Below are positions 12,054 through 24,245 of a stretch of 64,000 nucleotides of DNA, one piece after another (positions within the stretch are counted from its first letter, which is position 1; the number at the start of each line of letters is the position of its first letter). The DNA is from Tubulanus polymorphus (lineage: Eukaryota > Animalia > Nemertea), in NCBI RefSeq assembly GCF_964204645.1, contig NC_134030.1, forward strand, positions 19,304,210-19,368,209. The letters are read 5' to 3'. A program made the translations under genes and the position numbers. The notes below the pieces were generated by a model. The model was not told the origin of the DNA and made no database searches. It saw only the letters and a program-made list of their open reading frames with translations.

Positions 12054-13956
12054 GTATTCTCGATGTATATGTAGTTGAAAGGTTTTCTTTTATCTACAGT
12101 TGTATTCTATGAATTTCAACCAGTTATAATGATCATTTGATCGGACCAATCAGGATGTTTCTTCGATTTAACCCGTAGAACATTTGTCATTTTCATATCT
12201 AATTAACGTCAGGTTAGTAGACTACGCTTTAAATCAAATCTTTCAGGACCGCCATTTTGTTGTCAGACGAATGCCAAGTCACCATAAATGTTGAATTAAT
12301 ATTTGTACATGTATTGCTTCTGAAAGTATTGTAAATTAGTCCGACTAATTCGGTTCTCCGAGTTCTTTGATTCAAGATACGTGGAGTTAACAGTAGAATT
12401 GAAATCCATAAATGTCATCTCCTTTTTGGGCATAAGTAACTTGGGAGTTTGATTAATATACCAAAGTAATTCTGATAATAGGACTAATCAATTTTTGTTC
12501 GGAATGTGGAATTTCTCGCATAATTTGACTGATGAAGGAGCAAATATGTAGTAAAGTCTTTAAAAAATAATGTTGTGAATAAAATATTATGTATAAACTG
12601 AGTCAATATATTTATGTACAGTTTATGAAATTGAAGACGTAGCTTACAAGAGAGCAGGGTTTAGATTTAAGTGAATAAAAAATTTGTTATTTTTTTAGAT
12701 ACTTTGAAAAGAGTAGAGGTTAGTACAACAATTTTTAACCTTGTAACGTATGTATAATCTAAAGAGATATTCATTTTAAAATAACTGTAACTGTAAAGCT
12801 GTAAGCTGTATCGAAATGTAAATGGCTAAGTATCGAAAAATCAGCAATAATTCTATAACTGTAGAATCCATGTACACGAATATGTTCACTTTTTGATGAC
12901 GGGATTATTTCTTATTCCATCGCCTTAATTGTTTGTAAAAAAAAATAAAATGTGCTATTAAGCCTACGATTTACCTTAATTCACCATAAGATTCTTTTCA
13001 GTAGTTTTTAATGAGTGGGCTCAATTACTGAGGATTCACACCTTTTAAGGATTTTGTTTGGATAAGTGGAATCAATAAATCAATGGTTGCAAATGGAACG
13101 TCGGAATGATGTCATATTTTCATCAATTAAATGATTTAAAAAGGGACATCAAAATGACGTATTTCTGATCATCAAAATCAATGTCATATTGACATCATTT
13201 TGGATCAGAAAGACGTCAGAATAACATCATGATATGACATTAATATGACATCATTCCTATGAGCAACTCTGATATCAATTTGACATGCCATCCTGACATC
13301 AAGGTATGACGTAATTATGATGTCATTCTGACATCACAGCGCTACTTGGGACCCAGTGCAAAATATGTTTTCCCCCGATGGGTGTTGAATATTCACATTG
13401 TTTCATCAACACCCTAGGTAATGTTTCTTTGTATCCTTTTTTGATCAGTGATACTCTATGAGCGGGAATGATTGTATATGATCTCTGACCAATTGTCTTC
13501 TCTCCTCTGGTGTACCATTCCATGGTTCATGCTTTCCCCTTTTGCCACAGCTTTTATACATTCTTACATCTTTGTTATAAAGCATGGTCAATAGATTTCT
13601 TTCTCAAAATGCATAGCCAGAAAATGTCAGTCCCTGAAAATGATTTGCAAATATACTGCAGCGTTACTTGGTTTCACACAGGTATCTTATATATACTGGT
13701 ATATTATATCTAACAACTATAGATTAAACGATTCGTCACTGTTTACTGAACGTACTGTCTGACACACATTTGTATTTTGCATGCATAATGTGTACGGACC
13801 TATTCATACTCGAAACATTAAGTTATTTTTATGATCTCTATACCAGGCCTTCGTAATGTAGACAGAAACACAGCTGCGACACGTACATAGTGCGTTGTAT
13901 TCTGCATTGCGGCTGATAGTATACGGATACACGAAGCATATACAACACGGCCTAGA

Positions 13957-14673
13957 ATGGAAGCGCAAATGAAGATATTCGAAGACGTTAAAGACGGTTT
14001 ATCGAAGCGACAGCAGATTTTAACCGAGACCGGGGGACAGGCTGAGGTTACATTTTGTGAGAATAATTTCACGAACTTTGAAGGTGTTTTGTTCCTGGAT
14101 GGATGCGAGGGATTTGTAAAAAATCTACCGGCAGCAAATCGAAATGATGCTAAATTCCTAGAAATAGGATGCGGAACCGGTTGTATGAGCGTGATTTACT
14201 ATCTACGCAATAAAGCAAATTTGAGCTATGTTTTGGCTACCGATATTAATCATCGAGCTCTGGACAACACCAGTTACAACTTCAACCGTTACAACGTCCC
14301 TGGAGAGGTAAGATACTCCGATGTATTCGACAGCGTTGCCGAAGATGAGAAATTCGATTTGATTTTCTGGAATTTTCCGTTCGTGTATCTACCTACCGAT
14401 GCTGAGGTCGTCAGTACGTTTACGGTGCTAGATTTGAGTATGGTCGACGCTGGTTACGAAGCAGCGGGGCGGTTCATGGCTGGTGCACATAGACACCTTC
14501 GTCCCGGGGGCAAAGCTATCCTTGCTTTTAGTCGTACACTTGGACGCCCCGATATACTGGAAAACGTGGCCAAGAAAGAGAACCGACGTTTGGAATTTAT
14601 TTGGAGTGAAAACACTGTCCAGAGCGGATCCACAGAAATATTTGATTTGGTTCAAGTGATTGCTATGGATTAA
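13957..14673 (+). CDS. Class I SAM-dependent methyltransferase (HemK/PrmC/MTS-like), 238 aa, no intron in the CDS
   Basis: Motif I FLEIGCGTG, motif II ATDIN..AL.N, SDVF, NPPY-like FDLIFWNFPF and HLRPGG. Single uninterrupted ORF; AATAAA at 14946. Confidence 0.85.
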   Translation: MEAQMKIFEDVKDGLSKRQQILTETGGQAEVTFCENNFTNFEGVLFLDGCEGFVKNLPAANRNDAKFLEIGCGTGCMSVIYYLRNKANLSYVLATDINHRALDNTSYNFNRYNVPGEVRYSDVFDSVAEDEKFDLIFWNFPFVYLPTDAEVVSTFTVLDLSMVDAGYEAAGRFMAGAHRHLRPGGKAILAFSRTLGRPDILENVAKKENRRLEFIWSENTVQSGSTEIFDLVQVIAMD

Positions 14674-16002
14674 TGATAACTAACTGACGCAGCTTGACGG
14701 CTGGCCCTCCATGTTTTATGAATGGATTTATTTCAATGTCGGAATATGATTTCAATATATGCGTATATGGATAAATTCTTAATGAAACTGTATGCACTTT
14801 AAGGGTTTCTCGTTGTGCTGGGCTTCGATAGCGGATTGGATCGGTGGATATTATGATATTGATAATAATCATAGTATGATATTGATAATAATCATAGTAA
14901 TCATGATGATTATCATAATTATTAGATTATCATTATCATGATCATAATAAATCAACAGAATTACGAGTAGTTTTACTGTGAAGTGCAGAAAACCCTGATA
15001 AATATGGCTGCAAAGCAGTGATAACGGATTTCCTGCGTTGCTGGTTTAAGTAGCCATGAAATCGATAACAGGCAAAACAAGTTGTTCGAAGACGTTTGTT
15101 TAATTTGTTTATTTTTGTCGCTGAATGGTTTCTATTAATGCAATGTATGGGTACTACAATTTCAACGTAACTGTGATGGTTAATTAACAATTTATTGATC
15201 ATCGGTTGAAGTCAGTGATGTGAAAATAAGATGATCAGTAAAAACCCTTGGAACATAGAAGCAAATGATGTAATCGAATTTATTGAATCAACTCCATTGC
15301 CACATTTGACAGGTTATTTGTTATGAAATGTGTCCGCCAAATGTTTTTCTTTTCGGTTGTTCATGACCTAGAAATTGTAAAAATGGAAAAAAACGAATAC
15401 GAATGCAGAATGTAATTTGAACAGAAAATGCCTCCCCATTTCTATTCTGAAACAATGTGTCGACTTAAATGAATCCATGGATACATCTAAAGGCCTAGCT
15501 GGTTATCGCTAGAAATTTTGGTTGAAAGGTACCTATTCAAATGAATTTTAAATTAGATATGTCCCAATTTGTCGTCCCGTTCGTATCGCGCCTGGGATCT
15601 ATCTATGTTTGTTACGTCTGACGTCACCGGCAGCTGGTGAGACCCACACCAACACCTGCCAGCCAATCAACTTTATTAATTCAGATACTACTAAACCTTG
15701 CTGTGAAAAAGCTAGGTACGTAGTGTGTCTATCTGGACTTTTGGGCAAAAATATTCGACGTTAACTACGTTTCTTAAAAGCTTTATTTGGTATGTATCAA
15801 TTACATATTTACTTTAAGCAACGCACCTACAATGATTTGCCTACAACGTTTATTTATTAAACCAAATCGCCAACGCGAGTACCCAACGCGACCAAATCGC
15901 TCATCGAAGCGCTTTGATTCGATTTGCTACGACAGTGTAGCGTTTGGCGATGAATTAAAAACAAAATGGCGGCGTTTTCATCGACTTTTTCGGCTAAATA
16001 AA

Positions 16003-16193
16003 TTACACCTTGTTTCTCCACAGCGGCCGGTCACTTTTGTAAACTACAATAGAATTTGTAATAAATTAATTTCTATAGCTTTCGTGTCTGTTACGGCTAG
16101 CCTGATGATGATTTTTTAAAACAGATGTATAGGGTAGATTGGCGGCCGGCCAGCTAAACTTTTAAGCCCAACAGATGGAGAAACAAGGTATCA
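16003..16193. mobile_element. MITE family A copy 1 (TIR GATACCTTGTTTCTCC)
   Basis: Ends ACCTTGTTTCTCC...GGAGAAACAAGGTATC. Homologous along its length to 28198-28391; a partial third copy lies at ~34285. Confidence 0.8.
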
Positions 16194-16264
16194 CTTAGTT
16201 TAGCAATTTATGAGTCTAGGGCCGAGTAAATGTCGAACATCGTCGAGTTCAGTTCATCGAACTT

Positions 16265-17162
16265 TTAAAATCTATTGTAAATCGTCGTCAATATAGCTAG
16301 GAAGACCGCGACAATTCCGGAGGCTTTTAGTGCAAAACACCCGCTGTTACGTCCGTCTGTATAACAGCAACTGCTTGTGAATCCGAACTACCCTACGACT
16401 CGATCCATTACTGATGTACCTCCTTCCTTCGTCAAGCAGCCCAATAGTTTCTCCTCTAAAGGCCAAAGCTTGAAATGATAGTACTGAAATGAAATATCCG
16501 TGATGTAGTATTCATCGTCCATGTTTTACTGTGAGACCTGAATCCTGGCTAAATTCCACGCACGTCATTCCCGACGTATCAAGTAACACTAAAAAATTTG
16601 ATCAGACAAACCAGGATCGTGTACTTTTATGAGAATAAAAAAAATTCTCAAAGGTTCCTGAGATAATTAATCTAAAGTTCACACTTTAGGGATACACTGT
16701 CCATATAATCGTCGAGATCCGTCATTAGTTGATCATCGTTTTGCTTTCAGAATTCAAGTCATTTAAGAGTAGGATAGTATTTCATAATCCTGCGAGTGAT
16801 TCGCATACTGTATTTGAATAGATACTTTATACATTGTTAAGAACGTTTGCATTTTATTTTTCCATCCCTGTTTCTATGGTCGAAACCAAAAAGCAATCAT
16901 CTACCCTGATCACAACTGAAGAGACGAGGGATTCTATTCATTCATACTTTGTTTTTGTCAAATGAAACGAATGCCGTTTGTCGTTACATTAAAGAAGATA
17001 TCTCCGACTGATTTGGATTTTCACTTGTCTGTAATAAGTAACAGGGAGACGTTACTCAAGTACTCGCCAGGCAGGCGTCGAACCAATCAGTGCAGCTTCT
17101 TAAGGTGGGGTATTTACAGGACTTTGTGTCGATACATGAGTAGCATTTCAATGTATTAGTAA
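16265..17162 (-). pseudogene. Ly6/uPAR three-finger pseudogene (paralog of 24246-26165); exons 17162-17068 and 16483-16265
   Basis: Exon 2 (TLKCYSCIDTKSCKYPTLRSCTDWFDACL) has the same 95-nt length as in the paralog but a GC instead of GT donor. Exon 3 has an in-frame TAG, has lost Cys7 and Cys10 (TGT->GGT, TGT->CGT) and keeps the GPI tail FALKASGIVAVFLAILTTIYNRF*. No homologous signal exon was found. Confidence 0.85.
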
Positions 17163-17960
17163 CTGAAATTGAAACGCGAATTGCCATTCACTATGATTAC
17201 ATATATGATAAACTTCTAACGTAGCAATACGCAGTATCGCTTGGCAATTGATGGGATGGAAGAATGAACGAGGTTTAGGCAAGCTTGGATCCAGGAGGGA
17301 GTTCAGGAGTTCAACCAAGCCCCTTTCTGACCAAGTACCCTTTTGAAAATCACACGTGAGACATTTCACCCGACATTGATCTTTTTCAAAATAGCCCTGT
17401 ATTTCTAAAAGCAGTGTTATGCACTAATGCATAAATGTACCTAAATTCCCAAATAATTCGGATGGAGGTCCCCGCGCTCGCCGGGATGCCCGCCAGAAGT
17501 AATGACCCTTGTCATTTGAAGAAATTAAGAGCTTAGTTTCCAATCATTTCTTTCCTTATTTGTCAAGTTTTGCACAAGATGGCTTTAAGACAAAGCCGTT
17601 GTGGCTCTGAAGAACCGGTATCTTACCTTAGTATACATATAGCAGTACTGCACATGTATAAACACACGCCAACAGTTAAATACGGATACATGCGTAGTTA
17701 GTTAATTCCTGGGCCCAAGTATAGTATACGACGAAATAGTGAAATGCGCAAGTTGAATACGTAGTGATTCGGTCCTGTATTATTCGATCTCAGATCAACA
17801 GGTCTACACGTCGATTTTAGCCAATAACCGAAAATACAATGTAGACCTGTTAACCTGTTTACAATTCCAGCACAAAAAAAAAAATATTAAAAAGAAAATA
17901 AATGGAAAGATGGCGACAATATTTTAACACAATTGTTTCGTTTATTCAAAATAATGTTTA

Positions 17961-18789
17961 TTACACAGGGTACTGGCTTGCAATATCCTCAAGCAGCTTG
18001 TAATAAACATCACCATTTTTGGAACCAAAACGATAACGGTACATATACTCGTCTAAGTATAAAGGTAGCTGACTGGACAAACAACCATGGCGCTGTTTGA
18101 TTTTCCCCTGAACATGGCCCCAAATTCCTTCTATAGTATTGGTACTTACGCCCTCAACACTTTTGAATTCCTTGGAGTGATTCACTGTACCATGCTTGTA
18201 TCCTAGTTTCTGGAGGCTATTACACGAAGACCACATATCAGAGAACACAGTAGACGAAGACCACATATCAGAGAACACAGTAGCCCCACTTTTAACCACT
18301 TCATTAATAATGGGCAGTAGCGTATTTGCGGAACGCGATGATACGATGCGCAATTCCAAATTACGAGTACCTCGCTGACACAAGCCAAACACCCAATTTC
18401 GTTGTTTTCCAGTTCCCCGACGATACTTGGCTTTCTTCCCAAATAGGCTTTCGTCTATTTCTACAATACCATCTGAACAATCACCATTCATCTCAACTGG
18501 GTTTTTTTATAAGAGCAGCGGACATAATCTCCTGTAAAAAATGGTAGTGGTCCATCACAGTCTTTTTACCAATGTCGGGATCCTCTTTCATCATTTCGGA
18601 TTGTTGCAAGTCGATACCAAATGCGTAGATTATAAACACCAGGGTTTCCAATTTTAATTTTGACTTGGAGATTATAATTGGCGGCTTCAGTGTATGCGAG
18701 TTCACCTGTTTACCTCGCGTTGAAACCCTATTTGGCGTATCGCTGTAAACCTGTTCAACTCTTGTGTTCACTATTTCCCTGCCCCTCAT
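17961..18789 (-). mobile_element. Decayed Merlin/ISXO2-like (IS1595-related) DDE transposase
   Basis: Motifs VEIDESLFG..KY.RG....WVFG...R, RSANTLLPII, SDMW, HGTVNHS..F and TNTIEGIW...K, plus LPLYLDEYMYR. Stop/frameshift at ~18492; in-frame 30-bp duplication at 18224-18283. No TIRs found. Confidence 0.85.
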
Positions 18790-20209
18790 CAGTGTCTTTT
18801 CGTATTCAAGTATTTTTAAGATTTCCGCGTTGCTCAGTGTCTAATGACGATCTACGTGTTTTCCTACACGAGCGAGCGAAGACCCAAAAACCCGAAATTG
18901 ATGAATTATCAATTCATTGCGCTCAAGCATATTTGAGAAATTTCTTTACTGCTTGTTTTCCCTTGGAAATGCGATTTAATACTTAAGGGTTGTCGACGAA
19001 TAGTCTAGGTCATCAGAATTGGCGTTCCAAAATATCAATTACAAATGTTAGTTTATTTTTATCGTATATTTCTTTAATAGTACATGTCATCACCCCTATT
19101 CTATTTTTGATCAATATCAATGAGTAGATTTGAGGGAATGTGCACTACACCATAAACATATCTGGAATAGACTTGTTGCCTTTCAATTCAATTCAATTCA
19201 ATTCAATTATAGATGTTTGTATTTAAATCAAAAATCATTTCAATTACCCCATACATTTAATCATTTGCCTTATAAAATTATTTAATGTTAAGCAATCTAT
19301 GTGTCATTTTTCAAGGCGTCAATAAACTTTCAATTAGTTTGTTCTCTTAAAATCTAGAAACCGGAGGCCTTTGAAGCCAGGACGCCTGTGCAGGGAGGAT
19401 TGTTATCTGTGTTTTCGTCAATTTACTGTTCCGAAGCAATGCATCGGTGCGTTTTACCACGTGACTACGCCATATTGGCGGTCAATCAAAAAACAGTTTA
19501 TAAATCCCCGCTTATGAATAAATTGTATTTATGTTCAGCTCGGTGCAATGGCTAATCGTGAAGCAATATGAAAGTATCATCACTCGTTTTGTATCCATTC
19601 CTGTATACAGACAAAGACAAAGACTTCACTTGCAACACTTACCTACAAGTTGGTTAACAAAAATAGTTAGTGAACTACTTGATAGTGCCCAGACGTTGGT
19701 AAATCCGCAGTTTACCATGTGACGATAAAATCAGAAGAAAGCCATGGAAAATGAAGTACAGAGTTTCAGGACCACGATTTACGAGTGCGGGAAAGTCTAG
19801 ATCATGTGAACCCTGCTTACGTGAAACCCTACCTTTACAGGTAGTGGACCTCCCTGTGCTTTTTGAGCACGGGTGTACTGCTCGCAAAAACGTGCTGCCG
19901 AAACTTCGACCTGATCCGACAACGCCCATGATTCCGTCTTCGAAAGATAATGCATGAAGAATAACAAATCCGTGGTTGATAAAAGTTGTTCCTCTATCGG
20001 CTGGACACTAAATCAAAATCAAAACAACACAAAAAGGCAAACTTCATCGTACTCTAGAGCATAAATATTTTCAAACTAGATTTTACATCATGTCGTTAGT
20101 GGAAATATCGATATTGTTAATTTGAGTTATATATTACGCTATATACGTATATATCTAACCCTATACAGACCATTTGAAGCACTAGCAGTATACTTTTTTA
20201 CTGATTTAT

Positions 20210-20849
20210 AGCCACGTTCACACGACAACTAGTTAGACCGGTGTAAATGGGTCCGTGTCCTGGTCCGTTCCAAATTTAGACCACACGGCATTTTGACGCG
20301 CGTTGATAAAATCGCTTGTCACCGGACCCACAACGTCGTTTTCTGGTTAATAATTTACTGGGCCTGGGCGAATTCGATCCTCTTGTCAGGTTTAGACATT
20401 TTTGCGAATTCGATTTTATTCCATCACGCTGGAACTCTAAGTGTCGTTTAAACACGGTTCAAAACACGGAAGTAAACCGAAGATTATCGCGACATACGAA
20501 TACGATTACGCTCCAAACATTTCCATGGTATAGGGAGGAAAAAACAATAGGCCTACCGGAATAATAACATAAACTGTAATAAAAGTATTTAAAACTTAAT
20601 AAACTGGACTCACACTCTACCGCAGAGGTCGCGAGATTCAGAATTACGATTTAGACCGGACCTGGTACCAATTTCCGTCCACGCACATAGATTTAGACCG
20701 GTCCAAAATTTGGACCGGACCTGGTTCGCTCTTTGAGACACTGCCAAATACGACCGGTCTAAATTAGACCGTTCTAATTTGGAACGGTATTTTTGCTCGT
20801 CGTGTGAACGCATTTAGACCGGTCTGAATTTTGTCGTGTGAACGCGCCT
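20210..20849. mobile_element. PIF/Harbinger-like MITE
   Basis: TIRs AGCCACGTTCACACGACAA / TTGTCGTGTGAACGCGCCT, 3-bp TSD TAT/TAT and internal TTAGACCG repeats. Confidence 0.85.
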
Positions 20850-21699
20850 TATGACTGGGCAATACGCCCCTGCTAATATACCAAAAAGGCGGCTTCTGTG
20901 ATAATCGATGCTCTGATTTCTGTGGCAAGTCAGGGATCCGCCCTTTATATTACGCCTTAATATGTCTGCGTCATTTTTCCGCCTTTCAAACCAAATCGAA
21001 ATAGTACCAAATTATCATACCAAAAATACTTTCGGCGATATGAATTGAAGGTGGGCGTCACTAACGCTCTACATCCACTTAATGAGAAAATTCAGCGTTC
21101 AATTCGCCACAGTTATTGCCTTCACCAAAGGTTTTTGGAACCATTTCAATAAATCTAAGCCCTAATAGCGAGTCTTAAATGACCGGAAATAAACTAATTC
21201 TTGATGATGTAAAAATCCTAGTTAATGCGAACTGCTGATGTGCTGGTATCGCATTAGGTCGTTTAGGCGGAAGAGAAATGCCCAAACGTTGGAAATACCT
21301 ATCTACATGTTGTATAATTGAATTAATATAAAGGGTGCGCAAAATTTCTCTTGGAGTTATCTTCAATGGATAAATTATCTAATAATCGTTTGTTCCAGCA
21401 CTGGTTGCCAGTCTAAAATCGCGATATATTGCGTCTCTGCGGGCAAGACCGTTTATGCATTGATATTTCGAAAGCATTCCGCGCAGAGGTTTTGACAAAA
21501 CCTGGGAACCGGTTTTGAAAGGCAAACCATTCACTTATTGGTGAGTTACTTCGCAATAAACATGTAATAAATCAGCACTGTCTTATATTGTTCCCTCAGG
21601 CGATCATGCCATGAAAAAAACCTTACCTTCATGATACCGAGTTTTTTTTATTGTCTCGAAGACACTTCTCGCTAAGACACGCTTCAAATAATGGAGAAA

Positions 21700-21945
21700 C
21701 GTAGGTCTGGGTATCGGTTAAATGCTACCATAGCAATCGAGTGCACGGTTCGTACGTACACGTTAAATCTCGCTGACGAACATATATTCGGGATGAACCC
21801 TTTAAAATGTTTGTTATATATACTTTTCCTATATATTGTCCAGATTTGGAGAACATGCCTAGTAATAATTCCGATAATCATGGAAATAGATATAGTGTCC
21901 CCTGCGAATAATCGTTTTGGTTTACCATTTGTTATGGTTCTCCGT
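21700..21945 (-). pseudogene. Possible highly decayed class A GPCR fragment (ICL1-TM3)
   Basis: RTITN-x5-LFAGD (cf. RTxTN..LAxxD), then ICSSARF...SIAMVAFNRY (TM3 Cys and NRY variant of DRY). TM1 and downstream helices are not recognisable. Confidence 0.35.
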
Positions 21946-23095
21946 TTTTCAGTTCGGCGTTTTGTGTTTTGCCTCCCCCGCACACGGCATAACAAAAAAC
22001 CTCGAAAACGTTTTTTCGGTGCCGTGTGCGTTGGCTTTAATGTCCACCTTGGTTGTGTTGTCGAGTAGTATCCTCGGTGATTATGTATATGCGTTGATGA
22101 TCTGGTTCCGTCATGGAGCGACTTCCATTCAAGTGACAATGACTAACAATCGTTTGGTCTATCGTTCCATTATTTATTTCCGATATAGCCTCTTCCGTAC
22201 AATCTTCATTTACATAGTCATAGCCCACAACCTCTTGTCTCTAGCTCCAACACCTTAAGTCTTCTCTACTCAACTCTTAAATTCCCTAGCTCAACCATCA
22301 TCCTGTACTGAAACCCTCCCTTTTTATACTGTTCTATCTTTCTCGTGACGTATACATCAGCAAAGCCCGGCATCATAGCCTATCACGTATTATCTCGTCA
22401 TTACATTCCACCGGGCTATGTAAAACGTTTCTGCGTGTGTTTTATGTCACGAGCGCTTAATTTAATACTTGATCTTACCAGAGCACAAGTCTGCTGCTAT
22501 ATCAAGCCTCCCTACGCAGATACCTACGTCACTCTCAGCCATCTTCTATTCAATGTGTGAAGCATTCACGTTGGTTGCTTGCTAACCGCAATCACTGCAT
22601 TGAACTCCGGCTTTCTTTCCCGTTATCTAACCAACTGATATACCACCCCAAATACATTCCCTGGCCAGCACCAGTTAGTTCACGCCGTTGCCGCGTTAAA
22701 GTTATACTGAAATTGAGTCTTCAATCGTCGTTTTGTGTCGTTTGTCGTTTGTAGGCTATAACGGGTTTGACCGGCACTTAGTGAACCCTGCCTGACCCGA
22801 CCAGCTTCCTCAGCGCCCCGTGTAGTAAACCCCAACTTCACTCCTGCTTTCTTTAACGAAACTTTTTCAAAATGTTTCGTATGGTAAGTTGATGTTCTTC
22901 TGCGATTTATCTTTGGAATAATACCATGAATCACGCCTCAGTGGCGTATCCTCCATTTTTCTTCTGGTCAAACATCATGGGAAAATGGCATACGTCCGCA
23001 AAGGCGTATGAGGGAAGCCCCTGAAAGGTTGATAAGTTATAGGCACCAATGCCCATTTTAATTTACTCTTAAAACAGCATTGGCAGTACGGAACC

Positions 23096-23307
23096 CCGCC
23101 GCACTAGATCGAGTGCGCAGATACATGCGCAGCTTGGATGATGTCATTATTAGCCAATCAGAACACCAGTTTTATTTCAGCTCATTTATAGTCCTTCTGT
23201 GAAATTTACCTCATCGATTATACAACGAGCAATCTGATTGGTGCCACAAGTTTTCGTGGTGCGGCAAAGCTGCGCATTGACCTGCGCACCCGGTCTAGTG
23301 CGGGAGG
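23096..23307. repeat. Short element with imperfect ~40-bp terminal inverted repeats (MITE-like)
   Basis: CCGCACTAGATCGAGTGCGCAG..ATGCGCAGCTT versus AAGCTGCGCAT..CTGCGCACCCGGTCTAGTGCGG. Confidence 0.6.
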
Positions 23308-24245
23308 AGTGTATACCATCAGGTTCAAATCCCGGCCGACGGAAGATGTAAACTTCATGCTAAAAACGATGCCTTTTTCCTCCTAATCGGTCGAACCATT
23401 TTGTAAACTGGTATAAAATTGAAATCAATTCATTTCTATAGATGCTTGGTCTGTTATGGTTAGCTTGGCCATAATTCAAAAAGTAAAGCACATGGGTAGC
23501 CGGGTCAATCTTTGAGATGAGAAGAGATATCAACAAGGTATCAGTTTTGTTAGGGTCATCACGAATTCCTACTGTGTAGCAATACGCCTAATGACAATTG
23601 GATACCAACAAACGCTGCTCTGGCAATCGATGGTTCTACTTGTAGTTAGGTTGAATCCCGTCTGTGTGTTCCAAATTCTTCTACATTTCAATTATAGTCG
23701 AATGAACTCAAGTCTACGATGACTTTTTTTATTACTGGAATTTGAAAACTTTGAAAAAAAAAGATAGCGAAAATGAACTTATTTCAAAAGACGTAAAAAG
23801 TGGCGCGACGTATTGCTGGTAACGCATATATTATTCTTCTGTAGAGCGACAGAAAAATTCCCACACATTCGAAATAGCTGTGGTTTGTGTTTGCATTTGA
23901 TTAAAATAGCTATAACCTACGTGTAGGTGGATTCTATGGTAATTATTAAACTAATGGACTCCTCTCCGATTCAGTGGGATTCCCATTTGCTTGGCCTAAC
24001 GCCTAATAAAACTCGTATAAAATTTCTCAATTTTTATAATCTGTCAAATAGTAATTCAAAGGCAAATCAATGTCCTATTTTTTCTTTCGATCAATTTCCC
24101 AAGCAGTTTAGCATCTAAAGTGAGTCCAAAGTCTCGTTCAAATTGGATTCATCAGTCGCCTGTTTGAGGACTACCATTTCTCCTTAATCGCCAACTGAGA
24201 CAGAATCGGACACCTACCCGTCGACCACCCGTCAAAACACTGCTT

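Larger units (their letters stand above)
5992..13350 (+). mobile_element. Full-length EnSpm/CACTA (CMC superfamily) DNA transposon, ~7.36 kb, defective
   Basis: Terminal inverted repeats CCCAAGTAGC (5992-6001) and GCTACTTGGG (13341-13350). 2-bp TSD AC/AC (5990-91, 13351-52). Dense subterminal TGATGTC/GACATCA motifs at both ends. Encodes a transposase and a second multi-exon ORF. Confidence 0.9.

Noticed and set aside
13351-14673. Methyltransferase as cargo of the EnSpm element
   Set aside because: It lies outside the right TIR/TSD (13350-52), so it is adjacent rather than captured.
17603-17616. Histone 3' stem-loop-like sequence on the minus strand (GGTTCT-TC-AGAGCC)
   Set aside because: The loop is 2 nt rather than 4, and there is no histone CDS upstream.
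17627-17691. Candidate exon 1 for the Ly6 pseudogene (MYPYLTVGVCLYMCSTAICIL)
   Set aside because: It ends in phase 2 (phase 1 is needed) and shows no similarity to the paralog's signal exon.
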